The notes: generated by a model not told the origin, from the sequence alone. Shown: positions 9,972 to 19,900, numbered from the stretch's first letter. The stretch is DNA of 51,000 nucleotides from Prevotella sp. (GCA_022774105.1 JALFNY010000012.1:1-51000), one strand, 5' to 3'. Program-made: numbers and translations.

Positions 9972-10127
9972 CGAGTGGTTTGGCGGTTTGGTTTGATTGG
10001 TGGGTTGGTGGGTTCTGCTTGACGTTTAACCTGTAAGACATTGTGTCGTGAAACCTGCTGTTTGCAATCCTGAATGGCACCAGACCTGCTGTCTATAACC
10101 TTTTACCTCGTAACCGTTTTTATGGGT

Positions 10128-12134
10128 CTAACGTCCAAGGAGGATAAGCAGCACGTTGATATCTGACGGTGACACACCGGGGATTCGTGATGCTTGTGCG
10201 AGTGTTTCGGGTTCTATCGCCCTCAACTTCTGCCGTGCCTCCGTGGAGAGGGCGGTGATATCCTCGTATTTGAAGTGGCCCTTTATGCGGATATTTTCAA
10301 GGCGTCGCATCTTCTCGGCTGTCACTTTCTCACGCTCTATGTATCCGCGGTACTTTATCTCTATCTCCGCTGCTTCTGCGATTTCATCGTGACGCTCTGG
10401 CGATGACATGAGCCTTTCTTGCAGGCGAGGCAGTATTCCGCCTAACCATTGTATCGTTATGCCCGGCCGTGCTACCAGTTCGCTGAGTTTGCAGCCTACG
10501 TTAAGCGGTGTGGCACCGATGGATTCGAGGGCGGTGTTCACCTGACGTGGTTTCACGTTGGTGTTGTCGCAGAAGTTGATGATATCCTCTACGTGTGTTT
10601 TCTTTGCTTCGTAGCGTTGCAGTCGCTCGGTGGTTGCGAGGCCGAGGGCGTGTGCCTTCTCTGTAAGGCGGGCGTCGGCATTGTCCTGTCGCAGCAGTAT
10701 GCGGTATTCGGCACGTGATGTAAACATTCGGTATGGCTCGTCAACACCCTTTGTTACGAGGTCGTCTATGAGTACGCCGATGTATGCCTCGTCCCTGTGC
10801 AGCGTGAAGAAGGTGGGTGATGGCGCCGCGGTCCCTGCGCCGCAGTGGCCTGCGAAGATTGCGGCATTGACGCCGGCGACGAGGCCCTGGCCTCCTGCCT
10901 CCTCGTAACCGGTGGTGCCGTTGACCTGTCCGGCGAAGAAAAGGCCGTCGCATTTCTTTGACATCAGCGAGTGTGAGAGTTGTGTAGGGTCGAAGAAGTC
11001 ATACTCTATGGCGTATCCCGGACGGTAGATGCGCACGTCGCGCAGTGCCGGTATCTGTCTTAGTGCTTTCAGTTGCACGTCCATTGGCAGCGAGGAGGAG
11101 AAGCCGTTGAGGTACATCTCGTTGGTGTTCTCTCCCTCAGGTTCGAGGAAGAGGGGGTGATGGTCTTTGTCGGCGAAGGTCACCAACTTCGTTTCTATCG
11201 ACGGGCAGTAACGTGGACCGATAGACTGTATCTGCCCGTTGTACAGCGGTGAGTCCGCCAGTCCGCTGCGAAGGACCTCGTGACAGGCGGGGGTTGTGTT
11301 GAAGGTCCAGCATGGCAGCAGTGTCTTCCCGCTGTCCTTGGGCAGGGTGGGGGTGTTCATGTAACTGAACATTGCCGTTACCTCCTCGCCGGGCTGTATC
11401 TCAGTGTCCTCGAAATGCACGGATCTCTTGTCTATACGCACTGGTGTTCCTGTCTTCATTCGTGCAGACCGTATGCCGAGGGCGTTGATGCTCTCTGTAA
11501 GATGCAGTGCTGCCGGTTCTGCACAACGGCCTCCGGGCAGCATCTTTCTGCCGATATGCAGCAGACCGTTGAGGAATGTTCCTGCGGTAATCACCACTGA
11601 CGGGGCACGCAGTTCCACGCCCCAGACGGTGCGAACACCGAGGATTCGGGGAGGGAGTTGGTTGTCTGGGTGTCTGCTTGTCTGGTTGTCTGGCTGGACG
11701 GTTGTCTGGTTGGATGGTTGGATGGATGTCTGGTTGGATGGTTGTTCTTCCCAGATTATCTCTTCAACCTGGTCTTGCCAGATGTCGAGGTTTGGCGTAT
11801 GGTCAAGTAATGTGCGCCATTCCCAGATGAATTTTCCTCTGTCGCACTGTGCTCTTGGTGACCACATGGCAGGGCCTTTTGACTTGTTCAGCATACGAAA
11901 CTGTATTGCTGTTGCGTCAGTCACCAGTCCCATGCCGCCTCCGAGGGCGTCGATCTCACGTACTATCTGCCCTTTTGCTATGCCTCCCACGGCGGGGTTG
12001 CATGACATCTGTGCGATTTTGTTCATGTCCATTGTTACAAGACAGGTCTTGGCACCTGTCATGGCAGCGGCGTGTGCGGCCTCGCAGCCTGCGTGTCCGC
12101 CTCCTACCACTATGACATCGTATCTCATTTCCAT
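10128..12134 (-). CDS. mnmG: tRNA uridine-5-carboxymethylaminomethyl(34) synthesis enzyme MnmG (GidA), with an in-frame low-complexity insertion
   Basis: YDVIVVGGGHAGCEAA, MSCNPAVGG, GPRYCPSIE, GQVNGTTGYEEA, EPYRMFTSRAEYR; start placed at ATG 12134 (12140 or 12128 possible) because the longer ORF start overlaps the promoter. Confidence 0.97.
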   Translation of the reverse strand: MEMRYDVIVVGGGHAGCEAAHAAAMTGAKTCLVTMDMNKIAQMSCNPAVGGIAKGQIVREIDALGGGMGLVTDATAIQFRMLNKSKGPAMWSPRAQCDRGKFIWEWRTLLDHTPNLDIWQDQVEEIIWEEQPSNQTSIQPSNQTTVQPDNQTSRHPDNQLPPRILGVRTVWGVELRAPSVVITAGTFLNGLLHIGRKMLPGGRCAEPAALHLTESINALGIRSARMKTGTPVRIDKRSVHFEDTEIQPGEEVTAMFSYMNTPTLPKDSGKTLLPCWTFNTTPACHEVLRSGLADSPLYNGQIQSIGPRYCPSIETKLVTFADKDHHPLFLEPEGENTNEMYLNGFSSSLPMDVQLKALRQIPALRDVRIYRPGYAIEYDFFDPTQLSHSLMSKKCDGLFFAGQVNGTTGYEEAGGQGLVAGVNAAIFAGHCGAGTAAPSPTFFTLHRDEAYIGVLIDDLVTKGVDEPYRMFTSRAEYRILLRQDNADARLTEKAHALGLATTERLQRYEAKKTHVEDIINFCDNTNVKPRQVNTALESIGATPLNVGCKLSELVARPGITIQWLGGILPRLQERLMSSPERHDEIAEAAEIEIKYRGYIEREKVTAEKMRRLENIRIKGHFKYEDITALSTEARQKLRAIEPETLAQASRIPGVSPSDINVLLILLGR
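11660..11747. repeat. Eleven degenerate 8-bp tandem units inside mnmG
   Basis: ggttgtct gggtgtct gcttgtct ggttgtct ggctggac ggttgtct ggttggat ggttggat ggatgtct ggttggat ggttgttc; encodes QPSNQTSIQPSNQTTVQPDNQTSRHPDNQ. Confidence 0.9.
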
Positions 12135-12191
12135 AGTCATAAAATTGCAATGTGCGGTTGCTAAAACCGCTTCAAGATTGAAATTATTTTG

Positions 12192-12199
12192 CAAAAGTA
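12192..12199 (-). promoter_or_regulatory. -7 promoter element for mnmG
   Basis: TACTTTTG on the minus strand (TAnnTTTG), about 58 nt upstream of the likely start. Confidence 0.6.
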
Positions 12200-12252
12200 A
12201 TATTTTTCTCCAAAATATTCACCTTTTGCTTTGTGATTTCGCATTTTTATAT

Positions 12253-12260
12253 TAATTTTG
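12253..12260 (+). promoter_or_regulatory. -7 promoter element for the sdhCAB operon
   Basis: TAATTTTG, divergent from the mnmG element; implies a leader of about 250 nt. Confidence 0.55.
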
Positions 12261-12517
12261 CCGACACAAAGGGGCATTAAGATATGACCGCACTCCTGCG
12301 CGTAAGTCGTACGTGGTAGTACGTTCTGGTGACGGGAGGGATTGTTATATTTGTGTTTGGGAGTTGCCTGTTGTAGGGTTACTGCCTGCTGATGCCCTGT
12401 TCGGCGGCCGGCCTTTCCGGTCTTGCGGTATGTCTGTTGCGGTGAGAATACGTACCTATTGCGGTGAGAATAATTTTAACATTTATATTTTATCTTAACA
12501 ACAAACAAAAAAAACTT

Positions 12518-13195
12518 ATGTGGTTATTTAATTCATCAATCGGTAAGAAGGTGCTCATGTCAGTCACGGGCATTTGTCTTATCCTGTTCCTAACATTCCA
12601 CATGGCAATGAATGTCGTTGCGCTTTTCTCCGGAGAGGCGTACAATGAAATCTGCAAGTTACTGGGAGCAAACTGGTATGCGGTCGTTGCTACGCTCGGT
12701 CTTGCGGCTTTGGCGGTGGTACACATTGTCTATGCGTTTATTCTCACGATGCAGAACAAGGCTGCCCGTGGCGGTGAGCGCTATGCCGTAACACAGAAAC
12801 CGGGTAAGGTTGAGTGGGCGAGTCAGAACATGTTGGTACTCGGTATCATTGTCATTGTGGGTCTTCTGGTGCATCTTTACAACTTCTGGGCAAAGATGAT
12901 GCTTGTGGAGTTGTTGCACAGCAACGGCCTCGACCGTGCCGCTGACGGTGCATACTGGATTCAGCAGACCTTCAGTTGTGGCGGTTATGTAGTGCTTTAC
13001 CTCGTCTGGATTGCTGCGTTGTGGTTCCATCTGAGCCACGGTTTTTGGAGCGCGTTGCAGACGTTGGGTCTCAACGGCAAGACATGGTTCTGCCGTTGGA
13101 AGGTTATAGGCATAGCCTACGTCACGCTTCTCTGTCTCGGTTTCGCGGCAGTAGTAGTGCGTTTCTACCTCGGCAGCGTGCTTGGCTGCTGCTAA
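12518..13195 (+). CDS. sdhC: Succinate dehydrogenase/fumarate reductase cytochrome b subunit
   Basis: MWLFNSSIGKKVLMSVTG start, about five hydrophobic helices with heme-ligand His (FLTFHM, VVHIV, LVHL, WFHLSHG); precedes the flavoprotein gene. Confidence 0.93.
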   Translation: MWLFNSSIGKKVLMSVTGICLILFLTFHMAMNVVALFSGEAYNEICKLLGANWYAVVATLGLAALAVVHIVYAFILTMQNKAARGGERYAVTQKPGKVEWASQNMLVLGIIVIVGLLVHLYNFWAKMMLVELLHSNGLDRAADGAYWIQQTFSCGGYVVLYLVWIAALWFHLSHGFWSALQTLGLNGKTWFCRWKVIGIAYVTLLCLGFAAVVVRFYLGSVLGCC

Positions 13196-13223
13196 ACATT
13201 CATCAATAACAAAGTAATAAAAA

Positions 13224-15206
13224 ATGGCTAAGACATTAAATTCACGCATACCAGAGGGGCCGGTGGCCGAGAAGTGGGCCAACTATAAGGCACACCAGCG
13301 CCTTGTCAACCCTAAGAACAAACTGAAACTTGACGTCATCGTGGTGGGAACAGGCCTCGCCGGTGCCAGCGCAGCCGCCTCATTGGGCGAGATGGGCTTC
13401 AACGTGCTTGACTTCTGCATACAGGATTCACCGCGCCGCGCTCACTCTATCGCTGCACAAGGAGGCATCAACGCTGCCAAGAACTACCAGAACGACGGCG
13501 ACTCCGTATATCGTCTCTTCTACGACACTGTCAAAGGCGGTGACTATCGTGCCCGTGAGGCAAACGTATATCGCCTTGCTGAGGTGTCAAACAATATCAT
13601 TGACCAGTGCGTAGCGCAGGGAGTACCATTCGCACGTGAGTACGGTGGCATGCTTGCCAACCGTTCTTTCGGTGGTGCGCAGGTGTCACGCACCTTTTAT
13701 GCAAAGGGTCAGACGGGTCAGCAGTTGCTGCTCGGAGCATACAGTTCACTCTCACGCATGGTGGAGGCAGGTAAGGTTAAACTCTACACCCGCTACGAGA
13801 TGGAGGACGTGGTGATAGTTGACGGCAAGGCACGTGGTATCATCGCCAAGAACCTCGTTACCGGAAAGTTGGAGCGTTTCACCGCCAATGCCGTGGTACT
13901 CGCTACCGGTGGCTACGGAAACACATACTTCCTGTCAACCAATGCCATGGGATGTAACTGCACGGCAGCCATACAAGCATACCGCAAGGGTGCTATGTTT
14001 GCCAATCCCTCATACGTACAGATACACCCAACCTGCATACCCGTACACGGAAACAACCAGTCTAAACTCACACTCATGTCAGAGTCACTGCGTAATGACG
14101 GTCGCATCTGGGTGCCAAAGAAGATTGAGGACGCCAAGGCTTTGCAGGAAGGAACGAAGCAGGGCTATGAGATACCCGAAGAAGACCGCGACTATTACCT
14201 CGAGCGCCGCTACCCGGCGTTTGGCAACCTCGTGCCGCGTGACGTGGCAAGTCGTGCCGCCAAGGAGCGTTGTGACAAGGGTTTCGGTGTGAACAACACC
14301 GGTCTGGCCGTGTTCCTCGACTTCTCAGAATCAATACAGCGTCTCGGTATCGACGAGATACGCCAGCGTTACGGCAACCTGTTTGATATGTATGAGGAGA
14401 TAACCGATGTCAACCCCGGCGAACTCGCCAAGACAGTAGATGGCGTGGAGTACTACCACCCGATGATGATATTCCCTGCCATACACTACACCATGGGCGG
14501 TCTGTGGGTAGATTACGAGTTGCAGACCACCGTTCCCGGCCTCTTCGCCATCGGTGAGTGTAACTTCTCTGACCACGGTGCCAACCGCCTCGGTGCGTCA
14601 GCACTCATGCAGGGCCTGGCAGACGGTTACTTCGTGCTGCCTTACACCATACAGAACTACCTCGCAGATCAGGCCATCTGGCCACGCCTATCTACCGACC
14701 TGCCAGAGTTTGAGGCAGCGGAGCAGGCTGTTCAGAAGGAGATAGACCGCCTGATGAGCATACAGGGCAAGCGCAGCGTTGACTCACTGCACAAGGAACT
14801 GGGCCACATCATGTGGGAGCACGTAGGCATGGGCCGCACAAAAGAGGGCCTCGAAGAAGGCCTTAAGATGCTGAAGAAGTTGCGTAAGGAGTTTAACGAG
14901 AACCTTTACGTGCCCGGTGCCAAGGAAGGTCTCAACGTAGAACTCGACAAGGCCATACACCTCCGTGACTTCATACTCATGGGAGAGTTGATAGCATACG
15001 ACGCCCTGCACCGTGAGGAGTCATGCGGCGGACACTTCCGTGAGGAGCATCAGACCGAGGAAGGCGAGGCAAAGCGTGACGACAACAACTTCTTCTACGT
15101 AGGCTGCTGGGAGTATCAGAACAACGACGAGACTGCACCGGAACTCTCAAAAGAGCCTCTGGAATATGAGATAATAAAGGTTCAGACACGTAACTACAAA
15201 AACTAA
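13224..15206 (+). CDS. sdhA: Succinate dehydrogenase/fumarate reductase flavoprotein subunit
   Basis: [11 protein letters not shown] fold, [10 protein letters not shown] covalent FAD His, QIHPT, SESLR, HYTMGG, HGANRLG. Confidence 0.97.
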   Translation: MAKTLNSRIPEGPVAEKWANYKAHQRLVNPKNKLKLDVIVVGTGLAGASAAASLGEMGFNVLDFCIQDSPRRAHSIAAQGGINAAKNYQNDGDSVYRLFYDTVKGGDYRAREANVYRLAEVSNNIIDQCVAQGVPFAREYGGMLANRSFGGAQVSRTFYAKGQTGQQLLLGAYSSLSRMVEAGKVKLYTRYEMEDVVIVDGKARGIIAKNLVTGKLERFTANAVVLATGGYGNTYFLSTNAMGCNCTAAIQAYRKGAMFANPSYVQIHPTCIPVHGNNQSKLTLMSESLRNDGRIWVPKKIEDAKALQEGTKQGYEIPEEDRDYYLERRYPAFGNLVPRDVASRAAKERCDKGFGVNNTGLAVFLDFSESIQRLGIDEIRQRYGNLFDMYEEITDVNPGELAKTVDGVEYYHPMMIFPAIHYTMGGLWVDYELQTTVPGLFAIGECNFSDHGANRLGASALMQGLADGYFVLPYTIQNYLADQAIWPRLSTDLPEFEAAEQAVQKEIDRLMSIQGKRSVDSLHKELGHIMWEHVGMGRTKEGLEEGLKMLKKLRKEFNENLYVPGAKEGLNVELDKAIHLRDFILMGELIAYDALHREESCGGHFREEHQTEEGEAKRDDNNFFYVGCWEYQNNDETAPELSKEPLEYEIIKVQTRNYKN

Positions 15207-15210
15207 CATT

Positions 15211-15244
15211 GCGGTTGAAGGTTGTAGGTTTTAGGTTATAGGTC
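15211..15244 (+). repeat. 7-bp tandem repeat, left arm
   Basis: GGTT/GGTC at 15213, 15220, 15227, 15234, 15241, directly after the sdhA stop. Confidence 0.85.
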
Positions 15245-15263
15245 GGAAAGAAGGTTAGGTCCA

Positions 15264-15620
15264 TAAAGAAAACAACTGGTATGGCAGCAGGCCATACTGC
15301 TGGCAACAGAGAATTACAAGTTGACAAACACCTCTCCCAAAAGCGAAATCTATGGGTTGACAAGCCAGATAAGAACGTCTGCGGAGTCAATACCGCCAAA
15401 TATAGCAGAGGGATATGGACGTACCACCAATACCGATCTGGCGCATTTCCCCTACATGGCGTCAGGTTCTTCCAACGAACCAGACACGCAAATGGTGACA
15501 GCCATGAATGATGGCAACATAACACAAGAGCAATAAGAAGCCGTGAACACCATAAATGCAGAGAAAAATGCCATGTTACGAGCCTTGACAAAGACGCTGA
15601 CAGGCTACGAACAGACCTGA
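15264..15620 (+). pseudogene. Decayed four-helix-bundle protein (23S rRNA intervening-sequence protein / Avd-like family)
   Basis: One frame reads *RKQLVWQQAILLATENYKLTNTSPKSEIYGLTSQIRTSAESIPPNIAEGYGR...SGSSNEPDTQ...TQEQ*EAVNTINAEKNAMLRALTKTL; signature VWQ, YGLTSQIR, SIPxNIAEG; TAA at 15264 and 15534, no intact start. Confidence 0.85.
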
Positions 15621-15648
15621 TACCCACAACCCACAACCATTAAACCTT
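15613..15648 (-). repeat. 7-bp tandem repeat, right arm (inverted relative to 15211-15244)
   Basis: GACC/TACC/AACC at 15614, 15621, 15628, 15635, 15643. Confidence 0.7.
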
Positions 15649-15656
15649 AAAAGAAA

Positions 15657-16415
15657 ATGGCTAAAAACATAACAGTAACAGTAAAGTTCTGGAAGCAGAA
15701 TGGCCCGAAGGACAAGGGACATTTTGACGAGCAGTTAATGAAGAACGTGCCAGACGACACCTCATTCCTTGAAATGCTTGACATGATGAACGAACAACTC
15801 ATCAGCCAGGGCAAAGAACCCTTCGTCTTTGACCACGACTGTCGCGAAGGAATCTGCGGTATGTGCTCACTCTATATCAACGGCACACCACACGGAAAGA
15901 CAGAGCGCGGCGCAACAACCTGCCAACTCTATATGCGTAAGTTCAACGACGGTGACGTCATTACCGTAGAGCCATGGCGCTCAGCAGGCTTCCCCGTCAT
16001 AAAGGACTGCATGGTTGACCGCTCCGCCTTCGACAAAATCATACAGGCAGGAGGCTATACCTCCATACGCACCGGACAGGCACAGGACGCCAATGCTATC
16101 CTCATACCAAAAGAAAATGCTGACGAGGCAATGGACTGCGCCACCTGCATAGGCTGCGGCGCCTGCGTGGCAGCCTGCAAGAACGGCTCCGCAATGCTCT
16201 TCGTAAGTTCAAAAGTGTCACAACTCGCACTGCTCCCACAAGGACGACCAGAGGCAGCAAAGCGCGCAAAGGCAATGATAGCACGCATGGACGAACTCGG
16301 ATTCGGAAACTGCACCAATACCCGCGCCTGCGAGGCGGTATGCCCTAAGAACGAGTCAATAGCCAACATCGCAAGACTGAACCGCGAGTTTATCAAGGCA
16401 AAACTCGCTGACTAA
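15657..16415 (+). CDS. sdhB: Succinate dehydrogenase/fumarate reductase iron-sulfur subunit
   Basis: DCREGICGMC 2Fe-2S motif, CIGCGACVAAC and CTNTRACEAVCP clusters. Confidence 0.97.
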   Translation: MAKNITVTVKFWKQNGPKDKGHFDEQLMKNVPDDTSFLEMLDMMNEQLISQGKEPFVFDHDCREGICGMCSLYINGTPHGKTERGATTCQLYMRKFNDGDVITVEPWRSAGFPVIKDCMVDRSAFDKIIQAGGYTSIRTGQAQDANAILIPKENADEAMDCATCIGCGACVAACKNGSAMLFVSSKVSQLALLPQGRPEAAKRAKAMIARMDELGFGNCTNTRACEAVCPKNESIANIARLNREFIKAKLAD

Positions 16416-16421
16416 TAACAC

Positions 16422-16471
16422 TCCGCTCCTCCGTACACACTGCACAACAGACGCTATGGCGGAGGAGCGGA
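16422..16471 (+). terminator. Stem-loop after sdhB (possible terminator, no U tract)
   Basis: TCCGCTCCTCCG-N26-CGGAGGAGCGGA, perfect 12-bp stem. Confidence 0.55.
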
Positions 16472-16596
16472 AACCTTAAAACACACAAGGTACACACACG
16501 TCGCGAGCATAACGCACACCACAGGACGAGCAACACCCACACAAAAAGACACACCCAGGACACCAACAATAATAAAAAAGGTGTCAGCCAACGGTT

Positions 16597-16790
16597 AAAA
16601 AAAATCTTACCCACGGGAGGAAAAATTCTTATCCACGGGAGGAAAAAAAATTACCCACGGGAGAAAAAAAAATTACCCACGGGAGAAAAAAATCTTATCT
16701 ACGAGAGGAACGAGACCAAATCACGGTGCAAACGATACCAAGTCACGGTGCGAACAGCATCAAATCACGGTGCAAACAGCACCAAATAAT
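16597..16790 (+). repeat. Eight-unit array with exact 22-bp period, made of two unit types
   Basis: Core YYACGR at 16611, 16633, 16655, 16677, 16699, 16721, 16743, 16765; first five units are A-tract + TTAYCYACGRGAG, last three are about CCAAATCACGGTGCAAACAGCA. Confidence 0.92.
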
Positions 16791-16979
16791 AGTGACAGCG
16801 GCAACGCATTAAAACAGAGGACGTTACGCCATGCGTTGCAAGACCATAATCCGCAGTCCCACAACGGGTGAGGAAGGTCAGGAGAAAGAGAGAAGAGGCC
16901 GTCACCGCAGAGCCCCCCCCACGGTGAGGCAGACAGCAGGGGGCAGAGGCCGTACGGCCATACAAGAACAGAAAGACAA

Positions 16980-19900
16980 ATGAAGCGCAGAATCTACATA
17001 CTCCTGATGCTCTGCTGCCAGATGCTTCTGGCCGCCGCGGCACCCACTGCCGTGCAGGAAGAGCACCGTCAGCAGACGCCCCACGGAGCGTCCCTGCTGG
17101 CATACGCAGGAGCCGACGTGCGAGGAGAAGCAGACAGCCACCTCTCTGTCGCCACCCTCTTAGCCTCCGCAGCACGCACAGGAGAGCAAGGAGAGCAGTA
17201 TGACGCTGCGCACCCACTGATATATGAGGACGCGTGGGAGAAATGGCCTTACGCCTTCCTCGGCGATAACGGAGAACCCAAGGGCTTAAACGTAGATCTG
17301 GTGAAAATCGTCATGCAACGCCTGCACATACCCTACGAGATACGCCTGCGCAGCCAGCAAGAAGCCCACGATGACCTCCGTACTGACAGCGCTGACCTGT
17401 CATTCGGCGTGGCAGCAGACTATAACGCCCCCTACGGACACTTCGGCAAGTTCACCGTATGCCACTACACCTATTCCATGCTCGTGCCACGAGCCGACTC
17501 CACGGGCCTCATCACCATAGCAGACCTGCGTAAATACCGCAACATAGTACTCAGTGAGGGCAGCAGACCGTGGCACTACCTGCAAGAAAAAGGCATCCCT
17601 GAGATACAGTTCACCTCGGTGACAGACATGGAAGAAGAAATACTCCATGAAGCCTCCACAGGCAAGAGCGGTGCACTGTGGAACACCATGATGATGAAGT
17701 GGGTGATAAACAAATACCACCTCAACGACCGTTACGTCGCCGTGCCCGTTGACATACCCTACGGCGAGTACCGCTTCATGTCCGTAGATACCGTCCTGCT
17801 GGCACGCATTGACAGCGTCTGCCACGTCATTCAGCAGGAAGGCGAGATAGACAAACTACTTACCAAGTGGCTGTATCCAGAGGAAAAGCCCAACCGTGAC
17901 ATCTACCTCACCATCATACTCACGCTCTTCGGCTGCCTGTTGCTGGCTCTGGTAGTATCACAAGCCATGCGCCACTACCGCCGATACTATTCCCGCAACA
18001 GCCTGATGGACGTGCGCACGCAGATGGAACTCATACTACACTCCAACAAAATGAAGGTCTGGGTATATTTCCCGCAGACCAGACGCTACGCCTGGATGAC
18101 CTCAGACGGAATAGTAAACGAGGACTACAGTTCCTTCGAGTTCTCACGATTCTATTACGAAAACGACTTCAACATAATCCATGCCCACGTCATGGAGTTC
18201 CTCTCGCAGGACATGGAGCCCGTCACCGAGACGCTGCGCTGCTACTCACTCACCGAGCCCGACAAACTGATTGACGTAGAGGTGAAGATACGCGAGTTGC
18301 GCGACGAATACGGAAAGATATACCTCGTCTTCGGAATACAGCACGACATAACCGACAGCAAGGCCCGCCTGATGCGCATGAAACAACTGCACCAGCGCTA
18401 CCGCACCGCACTTTACATGATGCAGGGCACCATGTTCCGCTTTGACAGCGAGCGACGCCTCGTGGGAGTGAACGAAGTAGCACGCATAAGGCTTGGCATT
18501 GACGATGCAGAAAGATTCATTGCCGAGGGTCACACGCTGGACGAAGTAGATCTGCTGGAAGACATCGACATCGACAACTGCCCCGACGACCTACGCTTCA
18601 CCACAAAGATAACAAACAAGGACCTCTACTCCGTGCCCTTCGCACGAAGCAGATACGTACGTCCGCAGTCACACGCCATGACAGGATACATACGAGAAGA
18701 AGACAGGGGAAGAGACAACCAGACCATGTATCAAGAAGGCTATTACTACGTACACTTCGAGAAAAGCCGTGACAAAGCAGGCAAGGTGATAAGTTACATG
18801 GTCTTTGTACACAACCAGACAGACCACATACACAGACAACTAAGGCTGTCAGCACTGCGCCAGCGCATGGAGATGATGAAGGAAAGTCGCGACAACCTCC
18901 ACACACTGCGTGACCGCACCCTCGCCATCACCGACATCTGGATGATGCGATACCACCCCGACACCAAAGAACTGCTGATATACTCACGCGACACCAGCCG
19001 TCTGCCACGCCTCTCACAACTGAGCCTCATAGAACTGGCAGACAGCACAGACATAAAAAAAGCCTTCAGAGTATTCCACAAACTCGACCGCCTGTACCAC
19101 GGAGAAATAGACGTTGACATCAAGACCCGCCTGCGTAACCAGCAGGGCGAGCAGCGATACTTCAACTTCCACCTGCACCCCTACTACGGAAAAGACGGGC
19201 TGGTGAAAGGCTATTTCGGCAACTGCCGTGACATCACAACACTACATCACGCACGTCTGAGACTCGAAGAAGCCACCGCCAAGGCACACGAAGCAGAGAT
19301 GTTACAAGGAGAATTCCTCAAGAACACCTCCTTCTCCATGCGCCAGCCGCTCATCAGCATCAGCCAGCACATACGCCGTATGGAAGCAGCCATTGACGAA
19401 GCAGCAGACAGAGACATCGTCAGCGACATCACAGCAGACATACAACGCCTCGTCACCCTGTCCGATGACACCATGCTTCTCTCACGCATAGAAGCCGGAA
19501 TGTTAAAACTGAGTAACACGCCGATGGACTTCTGCCAACTCTTCCGCAATACAGTAGAAGAGGTGATAGACAACTATCGCACCGCCACCGTGACCTACAA
19601 CGTGCAGGACACATACGGGAAAATGATGATAAACGGCGACAACGCCGTGCTGAAACGCATACTACACGAAGCCGTGGGACTGTCAGCACGATACACAAAA
19701 GTAGGCACCCTGTCAGCAAGATATATGTACCGCAAAGGCTTCCTCACCATACTCGTGGAGGACACAGGGCAGGGCATACCACCAAGCATATACAACCGCA
19801 TCTACGAACCACACATAGGTGAGGCATACACACTGACAGACAACAAGCAAAACCTGTCAGGACTGGAGATTCCTATATGCAAAGCACTCGTGGAAACAAT

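Noticed and set aside
12135-12517. oriC in the mnmG-sdhC divergent spacer
   Set aside because: AT-rich and near parS, but no clustered TTATCCACA-type boxes are visible; two divergent promoters explain the region.
15207-15656. Diversity-generating retroelement suggested by the Avd-like gene
   Set aside because: No reverse transcriptase and no template/variable repeat pair differing at adenines was seen in the window.
16597-16790. Possible CRISPR array (also 27272-27360 and 48376-48483)
   Set aside because: Units are contiguous 22-mers without unique spacers, and no cas genes are present.
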